From: Phoronis australis
Lineage: Eukaryota > Animalia > Phoronida
Direction: 5' to 3'
Assembly: GCA_002633005.1 (NCBI GenBank)
Contig: NMRA01000931.1
Span: 1 to 64,000 of the forward strand
Length of the DNA stretch: 64,000 bases
In this document: positions 1 to 10,209 of the stretch, piece after piece
Numbering within the stretch: the stretch's first letter is position 1
Layout of the letters: the number at the start of each line of letters is the position of its first letter
The notes under the pieces: generated by a model
Database searches by the model: none
What the model was told of the DNA's origin: nothing
Seen by the model: the letters and a program-made list of their open reading frames with translations, nothing else
Translations under genes and position numbers: made by a program

Positions 1-398
1 CCTCACCACATGGGTTGCCCTCAAACACTTCATATTTTTACTCTAGAGTCAGCATGGTGGCAGAGAAAACAGAATAAAAATTCTTCAATTTTGGACCAGG
101 TGAAATTTCACATTGTCATATTTCTCAATAGAAATAACTTTCACTTCTTAGTATTGATTAAATAGAATTTTATAAAAGTTTGAGCATTTGCAGCAATGCA
201 GCAAGTCATTAAAAACAGAAAAATGGCATTTTTGTTTCAAATTGAAGATTTTTTACCATAGATTTAAACTCCACCTGCCAAACAATGACCGGATGAATGA
301 AGGACTTCACCTGAATGAACCTACTTGCGACATGAGTTACTTTTCATTTCTTACGAGCATCCACACGTGTCTAAAATGTTGTCAATTTTTGTCTGCAG

Positions 399-566
399 AT
401 TCATGCTTGTCTTGGCCAGTAACCAGCCAGAGCAGTTTGACTGGGCCATCAACGATCGACTGGACGAGATGGTGGAATTTGACACCCCGGGGCGAGAGGA
501 GCGTGAGAGGATGGTGCGACACTACTTTGAGCATTATGTGTTGAAGCCAGCCGCTGAAGGCAAAAG
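399..566 (+). CDS. ATAD3: ATAD3 (mitochondrial AAA-ATPase) internal coding exon; the gene starts upstream of the window
   Basis: Acceptor tgcag|A at 398/399 and donor AG|gtgacg at 566/567. Encodes [55 protein letters not shown], which matches the ATAD3 C-terminal AAA region. Confidence 0.96.
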
Positions 567-934
567 GTGACGGCTTAGTAATTCTTATATGCAATGCAGA
601 ATAGACCTTAGCCAAGCGTTATCATGTCTTTCTGTGTGAATGTGTTTGCTATGCTTTGTTTCTATTCAGAGTGAGAGACACGTTGAGTTTCACAGGTGTG
701 AGCTGGTTTGTTTGTATTGGTAACCTGAGTGACCACGACACATTATGATAGTTTCTATAGGTTTGTACTTCACTGGCCATTGCTGGCATCACAGCTGTAG
801 TTACTCGTCTTGAACATGGCACAAATGATGATCCTTACTGGTTAAAAATTGTTACATATTTTTTTGTTTATGGTACTTGTGATTGGAAGTGAATGATTAC
901 GTAGTCCAGTAATTCTCGTTGTGATATTTTACAG

Positions 935-1043
935 GAGGTTAAAGGTTGCTGAGTTTGACTATGGTGCTAAATGTTCAGAAATTGCCAGTAACACAGCAGG
1001 GCTTTCGGGTCGTGAGATTGCCAAGATCGGCGTGGCATGGCAG
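935..1043 (+). CDS. ATAD3: ATAD3 penultimate coding exon
   Basis: Acceptor ttttacag|G; the phase-2 join (AG+G=R) is consistent. Encodes [36 protein letters not shown]. Donor CAG|gtaatg. Confidence 0.95.
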
Positions 1044-1142
1044 GTAATGTTCATAGTTCACAATAAAACCTGTTGCTTGTTTCATGGTGGGTAAAATGAC
1101 ATGCTACAGTAGTCTTCAAAATGAAATGGACAGACTTTGACA

Positions 1143-2857
1143 GAGCTCTATCACACTCTGTCGAAGTGTGGCGAACTTTTTGCCAGAATTATTAGTCATC
1201 TTTTTCTGGGCATCTGGCATCTGCGGCTGTATCTACTAAACCCTTTACAGGACCATAATGAAATTTGGCAGATGTGTTTCTATGAATATGACGACAAATG
1301 ACCACGTTTTTCGAATCGATTCGACAATAGCTCTGCCCCCTAGTGACAATTTTAGTGTTGTACATTTGCCTCTGTATCTTCATGGATTTTCATAAATTTA
1401 GTAAGTGGGACGGTTTGTATTAAAGAGACAATGAGACCTTCCCGTTTTCTTACAGATATAACTTTTTCTGCACCACCTGGTGGCAATGTAAACAAATTTT
1501 CAGTAGGTTTTTTATGTACGCTTTTTTATCCACCAAACCACTAAACGGATCATTATGAATATTGCCAGATGTTTTCCTGATGAGAAGACCGCAGCTGACA
1601 CTGATTTTCGGTCCGGTTCAACAACTGTGGCGACCCCAAGTGGCGTTTTTTGTTTTTGCATCCACAGCTGTATCGCCTTAACTCTTTGGAGGATCTTTCT
1701 GAAATGTGGCAGATATGCTCCTATGATAATGGTAATGACGAGTTTCAGACCAATCCGACTACAGGTGTGCCCTCTATTGGAAATTTTATTTTTTTCGTTT
1801 GCCTCTGTATCTTTAGAATTCGTGGATGAATTTTTCTGAAGTTTGTCAAATAGGCTGCTATTAAGGCGACAGCTATGCCTTTCCATTTTGGTCTGATTCC
1901 ATTGTTTAGCGTCTACCTCTTTATCTGCCAATCTAGTTAAAGGATCCTTATGTATCGTAGCAGTTGTGTTCCTGATGAGAAGAGTATGGCTGATGTCAAT
2001 TTTTGGACATATCTGACATTTGTGATGTCCCCTAGCGGTGATTTCGTATTTTTGCAACCATTGCTGCAGCTCCTGGTTCCTTTGCATGGTGTTTGTGAAT
2101 TTTTGCAAGTGTTTTCCTATACATGTGGCAATGGCTGCCCTATGACTTTTTGAATGGCTCTTACTACCACTATGCCCCCCCCTCCTGTAGCAATTTTAAT
2201 TTTTACATTTGCCTTTATATCTTCAGAGTTCCTCGATGTTTTTTTTTGAAATTTGGCAAACAATTAATTGTCTATTGTGAAGATGACAGCATCTGTCTAA
2301 TTTGTAATGGATTCAATTCTGTGCCATACAGTGACCATGTTAATTCAATTTAATTTTGTGTCTGCTTTTTTCCCGTCTGCTTCTGTATCTGCCAAACCAC
2401 TCTGAGGATCGTTGTGAAAATTGGCAGATGTGTTCCTATTGCCATGAGCACGACTGGCGTGGATTTTCAGATGGATCCATCGTAATTGTGGTGCCCCCTA
2501 GTGACATTAGTTTTGCTTTTGGGGCTGTATCTACTAAACCCCTTGCAGGATCACAATTTGTCAAGTCTTTTCCTGTTAACTTGACAATAGACGGACTACT
2601 AGTGTGCCCTCTAATGGCAATTTGTTTTATTTAACATCTGCTTCTGTATCTTTGGAATTCTGTGGTGGATTTTCATGAAATTTGACAAATTGCTCGTATA
2701 ATAAAGAGAGGACGAAGCTATCTTAATTTTGGACATGTTTGATATACTCTGTACCATCTAATGGCCATTTTAATTATACTCAAAAATACGGTTAGAAGCT
2801 CACCATTTCCATTGCGGTCTTGGGTGCATTTCAAGGCTCTGTGTTGCTCTTGTTTTT
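1143..2857 (+). mobile_element. Helentron-associated (HINE/DINE-like) non-autonomous element with an internal degenerate ~140-bp tandem array, in the last ATAD3 intron
   Basis: 5' hairpin cacact-N7-agtgtg (1152-1170). About 11 diverged units share ctgtatct...gga(t)...tgaaatttggcaga(t)...ttcct, at roughly 1226, 1372, 1668, 1805, 2383, 2525 and 2644 among others. The element ends in gctcttgtttt. This architecture matches invertebrate HINE elements that carry satellite arrays. Confidence 0.55.
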
Positions 2858-3073
2858 CAATGCAGTCGAATTAATCTGAAAGTTATTGCGCCTAGACGGT
2901 AGTTGTTTATTTGTGAGTAAGTTGTCACAATTTCAACGAAGTGCATGGAGCTACACCTGTCAAAATGTTGCTGAGATTTGGCCTACATTGAAACAAATTT
3001 TGTTATTGGCTGGTTTAACATTACATAGCAATTTGAACAAAAGCTGTCTTCAATCCCAACATTTTCTCTTCAG

Positions 3074-3268
3074 GCATCAGCGTATGCATCGGAGGACGGG
3101 ATACTTACTCAGCAGATCATTGACGACCGAGTTGCGGATGCTGTGAAGCAGCACGCCCAGAAGGTTGCATGGCAGCATGAACAGGAACTGAAGAGTGAGG
3201 GGGGTCAAGGCTACAAATCGTCCAAGGATGCGTCGACATACGTCCCACCCGAACACCAGCACCACTGA
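3074..3268 (+). CDS. ATAD3: ATAD3 terminal coding exon
   Basis: Acceptor ttctcttcag|G, phase 0. Encodes [34 protein letters not shown]...PEHQHH* with TGA at 3266-3268. The AYASEDGIL motif is typical of ATAD3. Confidence 0.95.
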   Translation, partial: ASAYASEDGILTQQIIDDRVADAVKQHAQKVAWQHEQELKSEGGQGYKSSKDASTYVPPEHQHH

Positions 3269-3792
3269 TGCTGGAGGAGCGTAGGGAAGTGAATGGGGTG
3301 TCTTAATCTTGTCAGTATATTTAATTTAAAGGTACATATACCTCTTTATTCTGGTAGCCCATCAACCATATTTCGGAGAGGCTTTCTCCCTTATTAGAAA
3401 ATCTGATGTTTCATTTCTCATTCCCGTTCATTTACATAAATCATGTGTTATAATGTGTTTGACTTTTTTGCCAAAAGCTATTTGGAGCTGTCAAAACTTG
3501 GCACATTCTTTGTGCTGTACGAGATTTAATTTTATTTAATGTTGTTGGCTGCTGGCATCTTCCATGGATAGATCACTCGATGGTATCTGATCACAAGAAG
3601 TCTTGCTTGCTCAATTAATGGAGGTGTCACGTTTTTGGTAATGCCAGAAACATTATGTAATAGCGATTGAATTTGATGATGTGGTTTAGTTGTATCCTTG
3701 TTGAATGATTATGTTCGTAACTTGTTTGATAGAATCATGGATTTATGTGCATAGTAAAGTCATGCAAGTTCCCCTATTTCTGATTTTGAACA

Positions 3793-4347
3793 TTAAAGCT
3801 GCATTTCGCCCTGTTTAGCTGACTAAAATCAAAAATCAAATGGGGTTTTTTACTCTCATAAAAACAGTTTTGTCCTATTCCTTTCATTTAAGGATTCTAT
3901 TTTTCCTGCCAAAAAGAAAACCTAAACCATCAGCGACTCGAGAAAACGCTTCAGAGTTCACTTGGGTTGGCCAACCCTTAAACTGTGGATACGAAAATGG
4001 AGTATGTACATGTATGCATTGCTTGTGACTTGAGTTCCCTGCAATAATTCTGGTAAGATCGGGTAAGCGTGGTAATGTTTTTAAGTCTTGAAACGCTTTT
4101 TTAATAATTCAACATTGAAAGCTAAACTGATGAAATGCAACTCTAATATGAAATATTTATAGGATCTTGGGGAAGACATATTTCATTTTCGTGTTCTTGT
4201 TTAGTGCATACATTACATGTGCTTTGAGCTGCTACCGTATTGGACTGCAATATAAGTTGGGATGAGCGTGGTAATGTTTTAAAAAACAAAGCAGGTTGGT
4301 TGAGAATTCAACATTTATAGCTAAGCAGCCTGGAAGTGCCTCTTTAA
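3793..4347 (+). mobile_element. TTAA-flanked non-autonomous DNA transposon (Kolobok-like) with a duplicated right end
   Basis: Left end TTAA|AGCTGCATTTCGCCCTGTTTAGC. Inverted right end GCTAAACTGATGAAATGCAACT|CTAA at ~4121-4146. A second, diverged right end GGAAGTGCCTCT|TTAA lies at ~4332-4347 (agcgtggtaatgtttt recurs ~198 bp apart). Homologous copies lie on the - strand near 20260-20464 and 22660-22850. Confidence 0.6.
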
Positions 4348-4887
4348 GTTGCAATGCACTCGTTTTCAGCAATTTTCGACCTCAAAAACACTGTTGAATT
4401 AGATCGCTTCAGGATGTTCCAAGGGCTTTGTACCTCAGTAAGTTAAAAGATCATTTCTGAGTTTGGGGGGATCTCAAAATCCTTGTTTTGGTGAGCCGGT
4501 TGCCAGCCTCTGTCATTTTTATGTCACATGACCGGTCCCATGATCATATGCAAAATGGAAGTATGATTTGATAGGTTGGAAGTGTGTATAGATGGACATA
4601 GTGTACAAGTACAATGTATAGTATTGGGTAGAATCGTGTTGATACTGTGAGCATAATTAATGTCAATGTTAATGAAAATGAGAATCATGTCCCTATTACT
4701 CAGGTCAGTAACTGTATTCATTATTTTGTATTTAACGAATTCGAGCAAGATGAGTTCTGTAACTTCTAATCAACTACAGTTGGCATATCCACTGCCGTGG
4801 AGGAGAGTTGTTTGCTGTGTGCTTGTTGAGTTCATTAAAAGTAAAGTTAGACCGTGAATAATTTGGGACTCAAGTCAATAGCTCACC

Positions 4888-4893
4888 AATAAA
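4888..4893 (+). terminator. Candidate polyadenylation signal for ATAD3 (alternative ATTAAA at 3792)
   Basis: AATAAA hexamer downstream of the stop codon; there is no transcript evidence. Confidence 0.25.
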
Positions 4894-5509
4894 ACTGTCA
4901 GATGTATAACATTGGTTGTATTTGGCGAATCAGATAGTTAAGCTGGCTTCTTTTGAAAGTTTTAACTTAAGTTTTACTTCTGATTATAAAAAGTGTTCTC
5001 GAGTTGTTGCCCATTCATGTTAGAACTGATTTGGAACTTGGCAAAAATTGGTGGTTTTGTATTACTTGAGGCTCGTCTGTTTAAGGTCAACTGTTTAAGA
5101 TTATCTCCAACCTTATTTAGTAGCCTCCATTTTAACTCGTATATCAAAAATACTAAGCTTTGTCAACTAGCAAAAGTATATATTTTCTGAAAGAAAAAAG
5201 ACCAGGAAGTATAAATATACTTTTTGTATTTATGTTCCATTATTATTTTTACGTAAAAACCTTTTTTAAGTCAAAATTTCATTTTAAGAAAGGTACATTC
5301 ATAGCAAAATAACCCCTCGGTCGATTTTTAAAGAAAACTTCACCAGTTACCTCAAAAACGTGTTAGGAATTTTCGATTAGTCTGTTCTTTTAGTTTCTAT
5401 GACAAATCAACACGCAAAACGTAATTTTTTTTGTAAAAAATTAAAGTCGTATTCGTCTTTGTCATCTTACGCAAAAATTAAGCTTTTATGCCGAAAATCC
5501 TTGGAGCAT

Positions 5510-5655
5510 TTTTATGCGCCCACATATTTATATGTGGACGCATTATGCTGTCATCTCTGTCTGTCCGTCCGTCCGGGCGGCGTCCGTCCGGCGTCCGCTG
5601 CTCTATCTCCAAAACCCTTTGACATACGTTCATGAAATTTGGCACAAATGTGCTT
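5510..5655 (+). mobile_element. 5' part of a DINE-1/HINE-like (Helentron-derived) element
   Basis: T-run, then hairpin gcgcccacata-ttta-tatgtggacgc, a (GTCC/GTCT)n microsatellite, and ctctatctccaaaacc...tcatgaaatttggcaca, which is the canonical HINE head layout. Confidence 0.65.
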
Positions 5656-5658
5656 ATG

Positions 5659-6095
5659 TCAACGCGCACAATTCCATAATCAACGCGCACAATTCCTTAG
5701 TCAACGCGCACAGTTGCTTGGCGCGTTGTATTCGTCATTCTATGTGCACAATCGGTTATTCATTGCTCACACCTACTTTTTAAGGTGTATTATTAATACG
5801 TTAGGCCATGTATCGTCTGTGCTGCCTCTTTTCGGTGTTACGTACGTTAGGCCATGTATCGTCTGTGCTGCCTCTTCTCGGTGTTACGTACTGTACGTAA
5901 ACTTGTCGTCGATAGGAAATAATTCAGTGCACGTTGAATAACCAATTCTTCGCGTCCAATGACTAATTCTGCTCGTTGATTAAGCAATTCTTCGCATTTG
6001 GAATAAGCAGTTACGCGCGTTGAATAATCAATTCTGTGCGTTGAATAAACACAGAACGATAGTCGTTTAAGAACCTATGCTGCGCGTTGAATAAA
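5659..6095. mobile_element. Foldback-type relic: inverted arms built from 21-bp repeats
   Basis: tcaacgcgcacaatt at 5659, 5680 and 5701 (period 21). Reverse-complement units (gcgttgaata-like) recur about every 21 bp over 5928-6095. The centre holds a 46-bp tandem duplication (5797-5890). Confidence 0.5.
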
Positions 6096-6189
6096 CGCAT
6101 TTGAACGCGGTACTCGTGTGAGAAACCTCTGTCGCTTCATTCTTTGGCGTTTCATGCTTTGAACTAGTGGCATGCTAACACAGGATAGA

Positions 6190-6305
6190 GTTCAGTAACG
6201 CTAGGACCTCGCCAAATAGCAAGACTTCGCGAGATTACATGAGATATCGCCGTGTATTTTGAATGAGAACGTGATTTTGGCTAGATTTTAGCTAGGTCTT
6301 AGCGT
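6190..6305. mobile_element. ~120-140-bp MITE, copy 1 of 3
   Basis: TIR acgctaggacct ... aggtcttagcgt; the body is near-identical to the copies at 9792 and 10073. Confidence 0.7.
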
Positions 6306-7414
6306 AGATCTCATTGTTACCCATGCGCGCACCAAGCCTTTAATATGGGGGGCTCGAATTTCTGATGATCTGAACCGTTTGCTGACAAAAAAGCGGCAGG
6401 ACTGAAAAAACGGGGTACCACCTTCAGAACTGTGAACTGCGGGTCTGCGCCTTTTGAGTGCCCCACTGGACTTTTGTCTCCCGGTGCGCGCTTGTTACCA
6501 GGTGTGCGTTATGCAATAATGAACGAATGCGCATGTCCCAGTCAATTAATTATACAATTACATAGAGTTCGTTTTTCCTCATTATGTTTGCAATTCCCGC
6601 GTGTAGCAGGAAATGTGGGCTCAAGCTGTCGAACAGGTCGTTCTTTGTTGTTCGCTCTCCATGTATCGTGACCGGAGAGTACTTGAAAGAGCACAATAAT
6701 GGTTGCATCCGTTCGGTATCGGCCTGTTTCTCAACTGAGTGTGGTGGACGTCAGTGTGTTCATACAGGATTGTTGTGGGGATTATACAGCATGGTTAATA
6801 TGCAGTGAAGAAAGTGAAGAGATATTTTGTATTTTATTTCGTTACAGGACCCTTTCCTTGCTCAAATTGAACAATTTATTCCCTTGTGGGGGGGGATCTC
6901 TTAGTAGGTTTGGCACGTAAGAACGTGCAGCAGACTGTAGTGTACCCTCTCAGGCATAGATGTAGGAAGCGAGGTTAGCGGGCACAGACTGCCCCACACA
7001 CATGAAGTTGGGGGCAGCGCTACCCACTAAACGGGCGTATGAAGCGGCCCGGGGAGTAGGGCGTCCCCGATAATTTGGGTGAGTGAGGGTGGAGCCTTTG
7101 TGGCCCGAAACAGGGGTAGGGTAGGGAACAGGGCTGTTGAGAAAGATAAAATTGCGCGTAACATGTACAAGAGAAAAAATAGACGACGTCTGGCAAGTAC
7201 CAGCGCTGGATATACTCTTTGGGTGTCCTGTCCAAGACATTCATTAGAGGGGCCGTAGTTTTTAAAAAAAAAATATGCTCGGCCGGTCGTCTACGCTCAC
7301 TCAGTGAAAACGTGCTCTTGTACATGCAAAGTTTGAAGAAGAGAGAAAACTTGTTATGCATAAATTTTTCTGAGCAAATTGATTAAGATTTTTAAATTCC
7401 AAAAAATAAATTTG

Positions 7415-7542
7415 AAGAGTGCAAAGGTTTATTTCTTGAGGGACTCTTCTGGCTAACGGATTGATCCGATATCGTGCAAGAGTGCAAAGGTTTATTTCTT
7501 GAAGGACTCTTCTGGCTAACGGATTGATCCGATATCGTGCAA
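7415..7542. repeat. 63-bp tandem duplication (2 copies, one substitution)
   Basis: aagagtgcaaaggtttatttcttga(g/a)ggactcttctggctaacggattgatccgatatcgtgc at 7415 and 7478. Confidence 0.95.
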
Positions 7543-9791
7543 CTATATTAAAGAGGCAAACGACTTTTTTGATGATATAATTAACATTTTGGATCCCTGG
7601 TTATCTTGAGATATTTTATCGCATTTACTATGTTCCCCTAGCGTGTATGTATTATTCACGCAAAAATAGAGCCCGATCGACGTATGCGGCCCAAGATCGA
7701 GCCGCCATCTTAGTATTAGCACTCACTTCTATTGAGCAAACACGAGTGTCCGAGCCAGACTGAGTGGGACTTGCGAAGTGAATTCGGAACCAAGATTGGG
7801 ACCGTGTTACTGGCCGCGTTGTGTCACTCTATCAGGGTAACACCAATGGCCTGGCAATAGGAGGTGCCGGATATACACAGCGACTCATAGATCTCGTGGT
7901 AGCCACGATGCTGCATCGTGCGCAAGCGATTGTCTAGCCTTGTTACTGCGTCATTAGAGTTTCTCATGTAATATGTCATTGCCTTCCCTTGTTGGCTGGC
8001 ACAGGAAGTAGAATTTCAACTCATATTGGTCACGTAAAGCACAAAGTATATTCCTGCAAACCACAGCAGCATCAAGGTATGTGGCCCAAACAACCAAAAC
8101 AAGTGAGACTTTATTAAAAAGGAAAAAAGAAACAATACCATGAAGATGACTGAATTACGCAAAGGCAGTTTTCTCGGTAGATAAAAATGTCAATACCTTT
8201 TCACAAAGTCGAAACAATCGGAGATCGTTATTAGGAAAACATCATTGATCAAGAGGGAGTTGTTGGTACGAAACTCGCTTTGTCGATCGTATTGGAAGGG
8301 GTTATGATGTTTTTTTAATGCCGTGTGCTTGTCCAACGGATTAAATGTACTGGCAATCGTAAAGTAGCGATGATTTCTGCGAGTTTTGGAGTTGGAGTTT
8401 AACTCTTAAACCGTGACAGCGGGCTGTCACGGATTAATTCAACGCAAATTAGTTCTGAAATGTTACCCAGGGATGTGTCCAAACCCCCTTGAGATGCCCC
8501 CGTCTTCCGGTCCCCTGTTAAGTGTGTGTATCTGCGCGCATGCCTTCGGGAATTGCCTGAAATTCCATACTGTGAATGTCACAGATTTGAAAAGGTCTTT
8601 AGGGAAATTTGAGCGACTGTTAACTCGTGTCCAAGTGCGCGTTGTGTGTTTCCATGGGGTGGCCCAACATATCAAGATTATTTTCATCTGGTACCTGTGT
8701 GTGTACATGTATATCTACGGAAATCGCCTTTTACACTGTATTCGTGGACGATTTTTATCTGTTATGGGGCAATATGACTTGTAGGAAATTGATGAGGCTT
8801 CAGTGAACTTTGTTCCTGGCTGATAATTGGGAAATTCTTCACCACCCTACCCCAAAGAGCAAAGTGCAGTCTACATGTACTTGATTTTGACAGTCGAAAC
8901 CTTTTGGCTAAGAAAGTGGTGTTTCTGTTGTACATATTCTTGGACCCCTATAATTAAGTGAGATTCATAACAGATATCCTGAGAAGGTCAAAGTTGCACC
9001 CCGGCCTGAAAACCGTTCAACGAGCTCAAGCCGGTAAAAAACAGTCTCGCAAAATGTTGAAGAATGTGCATCTAAAGTTCTGGTAGTTGCCCCCCCTAAC
9101 CCCCCAAAAACGGCAAAGCCTGCTCGCCTATACAGCGAGGGGAGCGGGTAAGATTTTGTGCCCCTCGTCTCCGATGAAGTTAACCTTCTTACGCCGGAGC
9201 CTGTTAAAATTGAGCGACCAAAAGAGTGGGAGGTATACAGTGAATGGGGAGGTCACGGTAAAACTGTTACAGCAGTTTGCAGATGGAGGTAAAACGATGG
9301 TCTTGGGACTTAACTGAAAATTTCGAGTCTACCCAGGTGGGAGGTCACGCTCACCATTGGTTCCGCATCCCCACTGAAGGTTCCTTTGTCTATGATCTGT
9401 GGTATCATCCCGGTGGGTATTGAGGCCCATTGGTATCCTTGACTTTGTCCAATGCGGGGAAACGAAATAGTCGCGACGGGAAACTTGTGTCTGTTAAAAT
9501 GGTATACTTAGGGTCAGTTTTTATCTGTTGTTTACTCTTTTTGTGCACGCGTAATTTTATTGTGCTATGGTGTTCTAGGGTTACGTTCCGTGATGCTAAC
9601 CACTTGCTAGGCACTTTTGCAATGGAAATGGCCACATTACAATTTCTCCCACAATCGAAAGTTCCAGTTTTGCCGACCAATCACGGTCCGTAGGTTATTA
9701 TTTCATTCCAGGTCCCAGTGGATTAAACGCCCTAGACCATGTTTTTGATGTAATGTCCGGTTTCATTTTCCCCTCCAACATGGATCCAGCC

Positions 9792-9967
9792 TAACGCTAG
9801 GACCTCGCTAAAAAGCAAGACTTCGTGAGATTACGTGAGATATTGCCGTGTATTTTACATGAGAGCACGTGACCTTGACTAGACTTTAGCTAGGTCCTAG
9901 CGTAGGTCCTAGCGTAGGTCCTAGCGTAGGTCCTAGCGTAGGTCCTAGCGTCTACTGAACGCACGCC
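9792..9967. mobile_element. MITE copy 2, with its right TIR expanded into (TAGGTCCTAGCG)x5
   Basis: Same body as the 6190 copy. Five perfect 12-bp units at 9891-9950 are followed by tctactgaacgcacgcc. Confidence 0.75.
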
Positions 9968-10072
9968 AGGTTACAACTTCCAGTTCATTCGACTATTAAT
10001 CTCAGTGCGACATTGCAACAAGAAACCTGCTACCTGTCGTGCAGTATTCAGGTCACGTTGACGATGGAACCT

Positions 10073-10209
10073 GGCTCCCGTTCAGTAACGCTAGGAACTC
10101 GCTAAAAACCAAGGCTTTGTTCACGAGATTACGTGAGATATTGCCGTGTATTTTAAATAAGAACACTTGACTTTGGCAAGATTTTAGTGAGGTCCTAGCG
10201 TTGCACGCC
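10073..10209. mobile_element. MITE copy 3
   Basis: ggctcccgttcagtaacgctagga ... aggtcctagcgttgcacgcc, with the same internal gagattacgtgagatattgccgtgtatttt. Confidence 0.7.

Noticed and set aside
1512-2108. 198-aa minus-strand ORF
   Set aside because: It lies wholly within the intronic satellite/HINE array and has no recognisable motif.
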